Assembly (NCBI RefSeq): GCF_035084215.1
Contig: NC_090347.1
Coordinates: 22,382,001 to 22,446,000, forward strand
Origin: Heptranchias perlo
Lineage: Eukaryota
DNA length: 64,000 nt
Reading direction: 5' to 3'
Part shown: positions 11,901 through 25,280 of the stretch, piece after piece
Numbering within the stretch: position 1 is the stretch's first letter
Layout: every line of letters starts with the position of its first letter
Translations under genes and position numbers: made by a program
Notes under the pieces: model-generated
Seen by the model: only the letters and a program-made list of their open reading frames with translations
Told to the model about the DNA's origin: nothing
Database searches by the model: none

Positions 11901-14539
11901 TTTATTCAAAGATAACTCATCGCCTTCTTCATAACAGAACTTCTTTAAGCAAAAAAAAACATTTTAATATGCTGTTATAACTCTTGCCTGTCAGCAAGGC
12001 TTTAACTGAAATATAGTGTGGTGCTTTTTACTTTATTAAGTCTGACATTCCTTAAATTGCACAATTTATAAATATACCGCAAAAACAAAGCTTAGACATC
12101 ACCTGAAACACTTTGAAAACCGCATTTTACAATTCACACACAATGGGCTGCAAAACAGATAATGAACAAACTGATATAAAATATGCCACACTTCATACTG
12201 CAGTACAAAGCTGGTGCCTGCCTTTGTCCAATATTGTTCAAAACAGCCTCAGCCAAGAAAAATATGATCAGAATCAGTTTGGTTCCATATGATCAGTTAT
12301 GCAACCAGAAGTTGCTTTAGATCTGCTGGGAAGGTTAATTATCTCCAGATTAGCAAGATATACGTCATGTGGTTTCTCAGTATTAATTTCCCATTGGTAT
12401 GCAAGCTTCAGTAAGTACAGCAAGGATGTTTAATATACATTTCAAATATTAAATTATTGCTGCTGACCCTTACAGATAACTTCCACACCACCTTAATCCC
12501 TACCATCCTCACACAAAGTGTTCCTATCTCTTCTATTGTCTTTGTCTCTCTCTCTCTCTCTCTCTTCCTGTCACCCACTCACATATACAGTGAGTTCCTG
12601 ATTGTGGAACATGCTATCATATGGAAGCACTGAATGGAGGTTAGCCCCTTCCTACATGCCAATTAAGAAGGACTTGCTCAGGTCTGCTCTTCCACACTTG
12701 TTACCTTTCAGAGTAAAGGTGACATTGACGGAGAGTTTAGAATAGCTTGCCTGCCCTATTTTTTCTTAAAATTTAGGCCCCATAAAGGAGGGAACCCAAC
12801 TGGAACTCACATACATACAGCAATTCAAGTACCCTTCTCCATCTACACAATCCCCGTAACACTGCTCCCACATGCACCATCACCCCCTACACAGGCAGAT
12901 GCGATTCCCACCACTGCCCACACAATGGATGTCTGTAATTCCATTTCCGTAAAAGACTGCAGCCTGGTTTAATCTTAAAGAGTATGACACTTCATCTGTA
13001 CTCATGCTGAATCATTCTGTCTCACAACTGGTGTAAAAAGACTGGGATACTTATTGAGTATAAATGGAATTGGATATCCCTGTTCTGTTTAGTTTGCAAA
13101 AAAGTTAACTGCATGTGGGAGCACATCACAGAGTTGTCCATTTCAAATTCTGTCTTGATGTATGATTATGGAACATCTGTCGTTTCAGATTTGAAATGTG
13201 CGAGTGCAGCAAACAGTAAGAAGATTGTCCATTATCATAACTCACTGGCCTCTCCTGAGACACTCACTCTCAGCTGTTCTCATTCTCCACTGACAGGATT
13301 AGGTAAAACACTTGAAATGGTACCACACAGCACAATAACCAGCAATTTATCTCCAGTAAACTAGAAGACAAGTTTCACTCTTTTTTATACTTGCAAGCTG
13401 TCCCTTTCACTTACTATACACTGGTCAGAGCTGTAAAATAGAAGGTTGCAATGATGGTTATGTTGTCCCTAGATGAGGTACCTTAGCATATCTGACTTTG
13501 TTATCAACAAGTTTATGCAGAAAGTTTCCCTGTTTTTGCTACTTTTATGTGGGTAAATTCAACTTTTCATTCAATGTCAATGAACTTCTGTCGCCAGACC
13601 CTTCAGCATAATTATAATTACCAATCCTAGCACTGAGGTTTCTGCATTCCTTTTGTATTGGATATCAATTATTTTGGTTGTAAGCGTTTTGTGAAGTTAA
13701 CTATTGGGATTAATAAAAAGTAATAATATGTTTATGTATGCAGAAGGGGTGTGTGAATTTTTTATTCTACTACTATTTCATCAGTGCCTCTATTTCAATC
13801 TGTCCAACTCGTACGTGCACCCACAAAATCACTTATTTAACTATTTCATACCTTTTGTAAAAATAAGCTGATTTGTACCTGGATTACCACTATTTTGAGA
13901 CTGATGTCTGAATGCCCCCTCCCATGGGGAACAGGATGCCATTATTTGAGCAAATCTGTCAGGAGCCACAATTGAGAAACAAAATTAAACAGAACTAAGT
14001 ACCATTAAATCATTTTACAAAATTACAGTTGTAGTGAGTCCTTGTAAAAAAGGCTAATTTCGATGCCAAGAGGTTTGTGTTTATGTGTAGTTTGGCTATA
14101 ATCAGTTAAAAATGGTCAGAAGAAAGTGAAAGGTTGCATTTCACAGAGGGGTGTGCAAGACAGGCGTGATCTGATTTAAATTATTTTTGTCATGCAGTTG
14201 TGTCAATTACCTGTCCAGAGAAACTAAACTATTAAAAGTAAGTTGGGTTAAATCTTGCAACCATATATAGTTTCATCTCAAAGGGTGTGAAACTTCATCT
14301 GGGCTAATGCTGAATCATTCTGTCACAAAACTGGTGTTTAACATGGAAGAAGTGTTCACATCGCAGCCTATCAGACTGTTAATCAGCTTGTAAAGCCTTC
14401 CACTACTTCACACTATTCTCCATGGGAAGTATGTGAAGACATGAAAAACAAACAAAGGACCAGGATGAAAACATGACCTTAAAATTTAATAGGCAAACGT
14501 CAAAGGGATCAACAAAAAGAAATTGTGCCCATTAACTGG

Positions 14540-15440
14540 GCAGAAAACAGGGGCACAGAGGGTGTGGGAAATTCAGCCAACGCCATATTGGTTCAGGAGC
14601 TGTATGCTAATAAGATGCCCAATGCCTACTTTAGGCTCTATTCTGGAGATTTGTGTGCAGGCATTGGGACTGCTCTGCTCAAGATTACTTGGTCTACATG
14701 AAGATGTCCAGCGGTCCTTAAAGGGACGGCTAAAGGCTGCCACCAAAAAGGTAATTTAAAAAAAAACTTACCTTTAATGTGGAGCTGGGAGGAGCAGGAG
14801 TTCTTCTCCTGATTCCTTAGCACTATGGAGGCCCCATGAGATATGAATTCCTGTTCTTTGTAGCTAAGGAAGGGCCCGAGCAGACATCCTGGTCAGCAAG
14901 TTCCAGTTCTTCCTCTGCCTCCATCAGATACTCTTTCTTACTTATCTTCTGCCCTTCTCTAGCGTACCCACCTCAAACTGACGAAATAAATCCCCCAGAG
15001 CCCATGGACCAGTGATAGTGCTTGCTTGAGTGGAGTGAGTGAGGTTGAGTGCTGTGAGGTGCTGACTTGGTGGGTGCCACTCACTTTGTAGAGGCCCTTT
15101 TCCAAATGGTGAAGCAACGACATTTGCGGTTTGAAGTGCAGTAATAAACTGTACCCTGCCACAGTAAGGACCTGCACTTCTTCTAAGACAACCTCCAAAA
15201 ATACAAATGAGAATAGAGCTGATGTAATCCCTCCTGCAGCTATTTCTCCTTCTCTGCCACATAACAATTGATCTGCCACTTTAAATAGCAGCTGCGCATA
15301 TTTATCACCCTACAAGCATAGCAAAGTTCGACAGGCAGGCCCTATCAGGTCGGAGGCTCCCCGTGAATATGCAATGAGGTTGATTTTGAAGAATCCTGAG
15401 AGAGTAATCCACCACTTTGTCACTTGAACTGGAAAATTTC
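14540..15440 (-). mobile_element. Degenerate Harbinger-type element with Myb/SANT-like ORF remnant
   Basis: Minus frame ALFSFVFLEVVLEEVQV resembles the 'RFSDAxLExLVEEV' start of Harbinger Myb proteins and is followed by aaa|gtgagt, a donor-like site. Confidence 0.4.
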
Positions 15441-16199
15441 CCTTAAGGTTTCTAACATAATAAAGACATAAACAATTATAAAATTCATGAGAAAATTTAT
15501 CTACACAGTTGCCTTTCTTTTTGTGTGTTTAAAATGTCTCTAATAACATTTTTAGTTGGAAACTCGTTCTTCTCTGAGGAGTCCGAGACTTGATTTCATT
15601 GGGCTTCCCAAAGCTATCACTCTGTCAAGAGTGCTGGATCAAGAAACTTAACTAGGTGGGAGATTGCAACTTTTAAAATATATCTGCGTCATTCTCTACA
15701 AATAATCTGTGCAGTGAACCCCTACAGTGTATTTAAGGTTTTGCAGCTGGGGTGCACGGCATACCAATTTTTTTTTTAATGACTGACAGCGATGCTGGCA
15801 TTCACGGAGCATGCCGGGACTTGCTGTTTGTAAACAAATCTCTTCATCCCCTGTCCAGCCCTGGAAAAGCCCTGACAACACTAAACCAGGAAAGCATTAT
15901 TAGGACTGTATTTTTCTAATAAATTAAATATCAAAATATATTCAAGAAATGATTTACTTATTCAACTAAAGTAGTTACAAGTGCAAATTTATTTATGTCA
16001 CTGTGGAATGTGAGGGAAAATGTATTTATTTATCTACCTACAGTGGGGGAAGAAAAATACTATTTCATTTTCACAAAACCGTCAAAAATACTTACGTCAC
16101 TGCTTCTGAACACACCTCTCAATGTTTTTTCTAAATCCTTCAATGCACCTTTCTTGCAAGCCAGCACCCCTCCCCATTACAACGCTTTAAGTTCCAACT

Positions 16200-17366
16200 C
16201 ATGTTGAGAAGTGGCATGGAATATCTGCTCGTGTTCAGTAAATATTTTACAAGAGTAGCCACTGGAGAAGATAATATTATCTTGCTATGTAATCCTTTGA
16301 CTACAAATGATATCCTAGAGAATTCTGAAGTCAACAGGTCAGAGGTACTTGGTAATTTAGAGGGACTCAGCATTAAAACATCTCCTGGTCCAGATGACAG
16401 ATGTCCTAAGTGCTGAAAGAAATTAAGGAGAACATTTCTGGGCAATAGTTATTGTCAGGGTACAATCTTAAGAATTGGTGAGGATCCTCAGGATCAGAAG
16501 TAAGCAGACATAATGCTTATTTCGAGGAACAACAACAAAGCTATCACAGAGAACTACAAGCTTGTTTAGCCTAACATCGATAACAAGCCAATTAATGAAA
16601 TCCGTTCTCAAGGTGGAGTAGGCCAGAGAAGGATTAAGGTAGCAATAATTTAATAGGAATCAGCCAGACTGTATTTAGCAGGGGAAGACCATGCCTGACA
16701 AAGCTTCTCAATATCCCTGGGGAAATTATGGACACAGAGTTAAATACCTGGTGATATTGTTTATTTAGACTTTCAGAAATATTCAGAAAGACTTCCAATT
16801 AAACTTAATGCCAAAGATATCCAGGGTAGAACGTGGGACTTAATAATAAGCAGAGAGTACCCGTGAAAGATGCAATGTCAAACTGGAAAGATGCTGAGTG
16901 AAGTCCTACAGGAAGCAATGATTTCTATTCTACATAAATGATCTGGTTACCAAAAGCATCTATGGGATTGTCAGATTTGCTGATGGCACCACAGCAGGAG
17001 AATCAAAAATGCAGCTAAAGACTTGCACAAGATTTCAATTGCTTATGCAAATGGCCAGATAATTGACACATTTAGTTTAATGTTGGGAAATGTAAATTGG
17101 ACCACACTGTTCAAAAAAAATGGCATCATAAGTATGCAATGAATGGAATTGAATCATTACAGGAAGACATAGAAAGGGGCCTGGGAGTAATAGTAGACTC
17201 AGCGCTTGCAATGTCTAGACAACACGGCAAAGCAATTAAATAAAACTAATAGGATGCTAGAATATATAGCCAAAAGAGAGGAATACTATTTCTGCAGAAG
17301 TTATGCTAAACCTTTACAATGTACTAATAAGACCTCACTCATTATGATCTTCAGTTCTGGCCTGCA
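16200..17366 (+). mobile_element. Old CR1 ORF2 (RT) relic, 5' part
   Basis: Degenerate motifs KYFTRV..E, KTSPGPD..CP, NYK.VSLT, DIVYLDFQK, .FADGT and NKTNRML.YI. It continues after the family-A insertion. Confidence 0.85.
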
Positions 17367-18378
17367 TTTTTTTTTGTTCGTTCATGGGATGTGGGCGTCA
17401 CTGGCGAGGCCAGCATTTATTGCCCATCCCTAATTGCCCTTGAGAAGGTGGTGGTGAGCCGCCTTCTTGAACCACTGCAGTCCGTGTGGTGAAGGTTCTC
17501 CAACAGTGATGTTAGGAAGGAAGTTCCAGGATTTTGACCCAGCGATGATGAAGTAACGGCGATATATTTCCAAGTTGGGATGGTGTGCAACTTGGAGGGG
17601 AACGTGCAGGTGTGTGTTGGTCCCATGTGCCTGCTGCCCTTGTCTTTCCAGGTGGTACAGGTCGCAGGTTTGGAAGGTGCTGTCGAAGAAGCCTTGGCGA
17701 GTTGCTGCAGTGCATCCTGTGGATGGTACACACTGCAGCCACAGTGCGCCGGTGGTGGAGGGAGTGAATGTTTAGGGTGGTGGATGGGGTGCCAATCAAG
17801 CGGGCTGCTTTGTCCTGGATGGTGTTGAGCTTCTTTAGTATTGTTGAGCTGCACTCATCCAGGCAAGTGGAGAGTATTCCATCACAATCCTGACTTGTGC
17901 CATGTTGATGGTGGAAAGGCTTTGGGGAGTCAGGAGGTGAGTCACTTGTCACAGAATACCCAGCCTCTGACCTGCCCTTGTAGCCACAGTATTTATATGG
18001 CTGGCCCAGTTAAGTTTCTGGTCAATGGTGACCCCCAGGATGTTGATGGTGGGGGATTCGGCAATGGTAATGCCGTTGAATGTCAAGGGGAGGTGGTTAG
18101 ATTCTCTCTTGTTGGAGATGGTCATTGCCTGGCGCTTTTCTGGTGCGAATGTTGCTTGCCATTTATTAGCCCAAGCCTGGATGTTGTCCAGGTCTTGCTG
18201 CGTGCGGGCACAGACTGCTTCATTATCTGAGGGGTTGCAAATGGAACTTAATACTGTGCAATCATCAGCAAACATCCCCATTTCTGACCTTATGATGGAG
18301 GGAAGGTCATTGATGAAGCAGCTGAAGATGGTTGGACCTAGGACACTGATCTGAGGAACTCCTGCAGCAATGTCCTGG
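17367..18378 (-). mobile_element. 5'-truncated CR1-group LINE (family A) nested in an old CR1
   Basis: RT motifs DIAAGVPQISVLGPTIFSCFINDLPS...MFADD, the same 3' end as other family-A copies, and poly-T at 17367. Confidence 0.93.
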
Positions 18379-18645
18379 CAATGCCAAAGGTTATACAACC
18401 ACTGAAGAGGGTACAGAGAGAAGCAACAAACTGATCTCAAAAGTACAAGAGATGAGCAATGAGGAAAGATTAAAAAGGCTTGGGTTTTACAGTTTAGAGA
18501 GGAGGTGGATAAGATGGGAGCTCAAGGAAGTATGCAAAATATTAAATGATACACATAAGGAAACCCAAAATAAGACTTCTCATTAAACCAGCAAAGTAGG
18601 ACTAGAAGATGACTTAAATTAGTGTAAAATAAATTTAAAACAGTT
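18379..18645 (+). mobile_element. Old CR1 ORF2 relic, 3' continuation
   Basis: Reads like L.RVQR.ATKLI...EERLKRLGFYSLERR.IR.EL.EV.KI, the CR1 motif that follows QFW.P where the 5' part stops. Confidence 0.8.
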
Positions 18646-21558
18646 ATCTGGGTCCCATTGTCGCCTGTTTCGCACCTGAGAAATGTATGTGGCTCAATCA
18701 AATTTCTAGGTCTGTGTGTTTATTTCCATAGTTGTTACCAAAATTTTTAAGATGCAAAAATCTTAGGGAGTGGGATCTGAGGTAAATATTTACCTTCACA
18801 GCTTCCAAAGCCAGAGTGCATATTGGTAATTTAGGTACTCCCCCCACCCATTTAATGGACAGAAAATCATGGAAGGTGTGCACCTAAATTCCTGATATGT
18901 ACCCTCAGCATGTAAAGCTCAGCAGTGAAGATAAAATGTCGCCCAAATGATTGCTGTGTTCCTGGTGCTGTGGGTCGGGCGCCATGTGTGGAGGACAGGT
19001 GGCTAGGGTTGACCAGTGAAGAAGGGCAGTTTTTTAAGTTTTGCTTGATTATTTTGGGAGATCAGGGATGCAGAACTTTCCTTCACAAGATTAAATGGGT
19101 GGGATATAGAGTCCACAATTAGACAAACTGTGCATAGTCTGTGGGAGGAGTGGACTTCGACCAAATTTGCTTTTCTTGTTCTGCACTACCTTGTACGTGT
19201 AGGTTCTACACTGTAGACAATATTGTGTTAAAACATATTTCTGTTATCTGGATAGACAGAAAAGTATACAGAACTAAAAAAATGAGAAGTAATAAGTTAC
19301 AGTGTGTTGGAAGCTTTGGACTACAATAGAACTAACTCAATATACAATTTCATATAGCCTGAAATATTGAAGAAGTTCACTTGCTAGACTTTTTCATTTG
19401 GAAAGTTACTCATTGGTTTACATAGAAGCAGGTTACAGAATTGCCTCATTCTCTCCATGAGAGAAAAGCTGCTGAAACAGCAGAGTCTGAGCCTCTGGCG
19501 TCTGCTGGAACCTTCCCTGATAAATCGATTTGGTGTATGGAGAGTAAACAGGGAGCTACACTTGACAAGGAAGATAAAGGGCAGTTACAACATGCAATTT
19601 GTATGTTTGAGGCAATCAGACCACAGGAAAAAAAAGATTGCAAAGCATGTCAGTGCAGTCAGTGTATTGAATGTAGCAGAGCAATAGGAGCAAATGAAAT
19701 TCACCAGATCACTGCCACCAGCTTAATTAGGCCTGTCTATCAAACGTAACAGGCAAATGTTGTAAAAGCACAATCTGATTGCGATCTGCGCTCATGCCTA
19801 GATGCACAGCCTCTTGTATTAGCCTTTATAAATCCTTCCCAATATCTGGGAGTTTGCTAGATTTATCACATTTCCTGGCAACCCTTAGGAATTTCACAAT
19901 GATAACCGTTAGTTCCAGGATTTGCGATAGAGATAAGTCATACACAGGTTCCCAGTGATTCTACAGTGGAGCTATGATGCTAAATGTACCATCTGAGATT
20001 TCTTATTGAGTGAAACCATTCAAAGAGATTCTATACTGAAGCCCAGATGTGTGAAAATCCCTCATTACTCAAAGATATTTTTAGCGAAGTAAGACATGTC
20101 TTTTATTTTAACATCAGGTATTTCAAAATGAAATGACATCCTTTTATTTATAAGTAATAAGGAAAGAGCTTGGGGGAAATAAAAGTTGCACAGACCAGAA
20201 TTTCATATGTTACAGTTATTAAATGGAAATGTAGCTGCTGCTAATTGTATGTTTTGTGTGAAGTTAGGCATGGATTACATACAGGAACTCCTGCCCTACA
20301 TGTTGTAAGAGAGATCCTGCAGATAGCAGTAGTCAGATTTTCAGGTTTGATTTACATAGGCAAAATTAAACACAGGCATTTTTTCCCTAGCCTGACTATT
20401 CCAAGCTTGTGCATGTTTTTTGTGTTTGGGCCTTCAGGCCTTTTCAAAGCCTATCCTGGTACTGCCGTATGTGCCACCCCAGAAAATGAGGAAAAGCTTA
20501 CCAACAGCTGACAAAAAGCTGATACATTTCCAAAAGCGCTGACAGCTCAAAAACAGCTCTGATTTAATCTTATGACATGTGAGGGAAAAGAGTTAGGCTG
20601 AAAGAGCTCGATATAACCTACACTGCAGGTATATCCAACATTCCATCATTGTTATTGCAGTGCACAAAAGCATAGTTAGCAGCAGTGGTGATTTCGAAAT
20701 TACTGAAAGGCGAAGTGAGTGATGAAGGTGTAAGCTGTATTTTCTGTGGCGGCATGTCCTTTCCCCTTTCCAGAACATTTCGATTTTTTCATACCTCATT
20801 TAATGCATTTTGGAGCCTCCTGGAATTCTGAGCATGAATCTGTTGCATTCTTTTTATCTGTACACTGAGATTTCCTCAAAAAATTCAATTAAATTAGTCA
20901 AGTAACACCTACCCATCTGACTGTCCTTTGATTAGTTCCTGCCTGTGCAAGTGTTCAGCAATTTCATCCCACAGAATAGAATCTAAAAATGTATCCACAA
21001 CCAACATAAGACTACACTGATCAGTAGTTTCCTGTTCTTGCTTTTCCCTTTCTTGAACTGTAGAGGAGGGATTTTGGGATGCATAGCATCTGGGCCTGGT
21101 GACTTTTCTAATTTTAGTCGTATTGATTTTTTTAGGCCCCTCCTTTAACTATCATTTTATTTCTCATGCATAAAAATTACATGCTGGTTGCCTTTTCAAC
21201 TCCATCTGCCTGCTGAAAGCTCACTTAGGAACTTTGATCCTGGTCTGCAGTAGGGATGGTTGTTGGGGGATGATATACAGGACTGCACCGACCACAGCCA
21301 AGAGTCCAAGAGGCTGGCCAACTGTGAAAGCTGTTTCTCAACCCTGCTGGTTTAAAGAAGAAAGATCGAATTGGCATTTGTGTATTGCCTTTCACGTCCT
21401 CAGGATGTCCCCAAGTGCTTCACAGCAAAAGGACTTAGTTCAGGAAATATTGTTGGAGAGAGGCTATTTGCATTGGCACCTTCTGCTACACTTTCAGGGT
21501 CCTAGATTTGTACATAATATGCACTGTAAGCATATTTAGTAATGCCCAAAACTGCATT

Positions 21559-21780
21559 AGGAACATAGGAACAGGAGTAAGCCATTCAGCCCCTCGAGCC
21601 TGTTCCGCCATTTAATTGGATCCTGGCTGATCTGTATCTTAACTCCATCTACCCCGTCTTGGTTCTGTAATCCTCAATACCCTTGCTAACAAAAATCTAT
21701 CAATCTCAGTTTTGAAATTTTTCAATTGACCTGGTCTCAACAGCTTTTTGGGGAGAGAGTTCCAGATTTCCACTACCTCT
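21559..21780 (-). mobile_element. CR1 3'-end fragment
   Basis: VVEIWNSLPKK...FKTEIDRFL plus a CR1 3'UTR with aggaacataggaacagg repeat tail. Confidence 0.85.
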
Positions 21781-23779
21781 TTCCTCTGCAACAAATTATC
21801 TGCTAACATACGTACATTAAATCTGCTCCTACTATTAAGCTTGTTAACGGGAATGCAACCATATCTCTCAATCTGCAATGAGTTCAGAGTGGGGTTTAGG
21901 TTAGGAGTTAGAGCAGGATTGTGATTGTCTACAGAACTAGCAACTTCGCTGCTTTTGCTGGTTTGGAGTTTTTATTATGTCACAACTGCTTTTCTCAGCA
22001 GTGGCATTTAATGTTGAGATGTCTCAGCTAAAGTGAGAACGTTAAGAGGCATCAATGCAACACAGATATCAAACCACAATGAGTAGGCTCATGATTACTC
22101 TCTCCCACCCCATCCTAAAGGTCAGATCCTCAACTACATATATTTATGGCTGCTTTCCCTCCCAAATTTTCAGTCATTACTGTAATACTATTGGGATGGA
22201 TTCCTGAAGCCTTCATGTAATGTTCACACTGTATTTCCTAATTGTTGACAGCTTTAAAAATTTAATTGTGAACATTGTACAAATTCTTCTTTGATCCCAG
22301 AGTGTAACATCCAGCCTCACCGCTCTGATTATGTGAGAAATCATCATCGCCATTATAACACCACCACTAGAAATTATTCACACAGCACTAGAAGGAGACT
22401 GCACAGCCAGATAGACCTTTAGCCAGTGTACTGCTCTGTTCTAGCTAATTAGGTTCTGTACTTGAAATCGTGTTGCATCCTGTCTAGCTGGTGGCTACAT
22501 GACATCCCCCTAGGCAGTTGATCTTGTTCCTTTGAGATACTGTGCAGCATTATAAATGCTTTTTCAAGCACTGATGATTCCAACGGTATTAGATACAGGC
22601 AGTTCGATCACAAACAATGGAGTAATCTATTATGTCATTGCAATACAACTGTAATAGAAACATTATCAATAGGTCCACAAGGGCCTGCAGCAAGCACAAC
22701 TTATAAATCAGTTAAATTCAGTAGCTGGTGACATTATCAGTCTGCTTCAATTAACCCATTCACTAACATAAACATGAGGTAGGATTTTAATCTAAAATGC
22801 TCATGCGAGTTATTAGTTTACATTATTATCTTCTCACTTCACTGGAATCAAGAGTTTTATTTTTAGGTAGCCATCTGTAATTGAATATAGAACAAAAAAA
22901 AATGTAAGCAGACAGATCACAACGCTGGAATAGCTATTCATCAAAAACCCATCAATGGCGGTTAGATATGACTGTTGTTACTGACACAAACGCACATGCA
23001 CAATTACAATGTAGTAGTGCGATCTGAAACTTCCATAATATTACCTACTTAGCTGTTTAATATGAAATTCAAATAACTTCAACTTTGGCTCCAATTTTCT
23101 TGTTTTACGCAATTTGCAATACAGAATATTGTGGTAGATAATGGACCTGGCTTCACTATTATTTCTTTCCACATGAGAAGAATGGCTGCACATGGAAGCA
23201 AGCACAGTCTCCTGATAATTTAAAGTCGTTTTTTTACTAAACAAATTGAAGTATCCATGTGCTGCAATTCAAATTAAGCAATATAAATAACACAACAAAG
23301 TGGGAATTTAATGCTAAAAAACAACCTGAATTATAAGATAATTTGAATTCAGTGAATTTGAGGAGTAGACTATACTTTTCTCCTACATTTATGAATTATT
23401 AGATTCCTACTTTTTCTAGGACTGGAGCTCATTAGTAAATATTTTCACAGGCTGGGATCAAAAAGACTCTAAAGTACAATCAGAAACAAGACCATTTTTA
23501 GTAATTTGGCGAACAGTAATTGTGGAATTAGGTGGCGAATGGCTGCCCAAGTTAAGTTTCCTCCTGCTGAAACCCGTAAATAAGCTTCTTGGTATCAATA
23601 TTAATGGGGAGAAGGAAACAATACCAAAACACTGCTGTAAGCATTGGCCTGGATTTTTACTTTGGGCTGTGGAGAGAGAAGGGTGGGGAGAGGGGGGTGA
23701 AGGGGGCAGGATTTCAGGACGGGAAATCCAGAAGTATGGGTTTCCCGGACGTCCTGGTGATTTTGATGTCATGACATCT

Positions 23780-25121
23780 TCAAAATGATGGAAGGTGTTG
23801 TTGACAGTGCCCTCAAGCAGCACTTACTCACCAATAATCTGCTCACCGATGCTCAGTTTGGGTTCCGCCAGGACCACTCGGCTCCACACCTCATTACAGC
23901 CTTGGTCCAAACATGGACAAAAGAGCTGAATTCCAGAGGTGAGGTGAGAGTGACTGCCCTTGACATCAAGGCAGCATTTGACCGAGTGTGGCACCAAGGA
24001 GCCCTAGTAAAATTGAAGTCAATGGGAATCAGGGGGAAAACTCTCCAATGGCTGGAGTCATACCTAGCACAAAGGAAGATGGTAATGGTTGTTGGAGGCC
24101 AATCATCTCAGCCCCAGGACATTGCTGCAGGAGTTCCTCAGGGCAGTGTCCTAGGCCCAACCATCTTCAGCTGCTTGATCAATGACCTTCCCTCCATCAT
24201 TAGGTCAGAAATGGGGATGTTTGCTGATGATTGCAGTGTTCAGTTCCATTCGTAACCCCTCAGATAATGAAGCAGTCCATGCCCGCATGCAGCAAGACCT
24301 GGACAACATCCAGGCTTGGGCTGATAAATGGCAAGTAACATTCACGCCAAACAAGTGCCAGGCAATGACCATCTCCAACAAGAGAGAGTCTAACCACCTC
24401 CCCATGACATTCAACGGCATTACCATCACCAAATCCCCCACCATCAGCATCCTGAGAGTCATCATTGACCAGAAACTTAACTGGACCAGCCATATAAATA
24501 CTGTGGCTACAAGAGCAGGTCAGAGGCTGGGTATTCTGTGGCAAGTGACTCACCTCCTGACACCCCAAAGCCTTTCCACCATCTACAAGGTACAAGTCAG
24601 GAGTGTGATAGAATACTCTCCACTTGCCTGGGTGAGTGCAGCTCCAACAACACTCAAGCAGCTCGACACCACCCAGGACAAAGCAGCCCGCTTGATTGGC
24701 ACCCCATCCACCACCCTAAACATTCACTCCCTTCACCAGAGGCGCACCATGGCTGCAGTGTGTACCATCCACGGGATGCAGTGCAGCAACTCGCGAAGGC
24801 TTCTTCGACAGCACCTCCTAAACCCATGACCTCTATCACCTAGAAAGACAAGGGCAGCGGACACATGGGAACAACACCACCTGCACGTTCCCCTCCAAGT
24901 CACACACCATCCCGGCTTGGAAATATATCGCCGTTCCTTCATCGTCGCTGGACCAAAATCGTGGAACTCCCTATCCAACAGCACTATGGGAGAACCTTCA
25001 CCACACGGACTGCAGCGGTTCAAGAAGGCGGCTCACCACCATCTTCTCAAGGGCAATTAGGGATGGGCATTAAATGCCGGCTTCGCCAGCGACACCCACA
25101 TCCCATGAACGAATAAAAAAA
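23780..25121 (+). mobile_element. 5'-truncated CR1-group LINE (family A), longest copy with RT domain
   Basis: ORF 23785-24255 reads QFGFRQDHS...ALDIKAAFDRVWH...GVPQGSVLGP...MFADD. After a frameshift it continues in the 24182-24829 frame and ends gaacgaataaaaaaa. Confidence 0.95.
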
Positions 25122-25200
25122 CCATGCGACAAACAGCCAGGTTGACAGGCTGGCTGCCTGTCGGACGGGAAAGCAGCTGGAGAGCGGGTACTAGGTATGT

Positions 25201-25280
25201 TGGGCATCGGGGATTAGGGCTGGACATCGGGGTTTAGGGCCGGACATCGGGGGTTGGGGCTGGACATCGGGGGTTGGGGT
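25201..25280. repeat. 20-bp minisatellite, 4 copies
   Basis: Unit is approximately tggacatcgggggttggggc. Confidence 0.85.

Noticed and set aside
19441-19749. 102-aa ORF with a CKACQCSQC cysteine cluster
   Set aside because: Non-ATG start, and the spacing matches no zinc-finger family I recognise.
22303-22477. tgtaaca...tgttgca segment as a short solo LTR
   Set aside because: No target-site duplication and no other LTR features.
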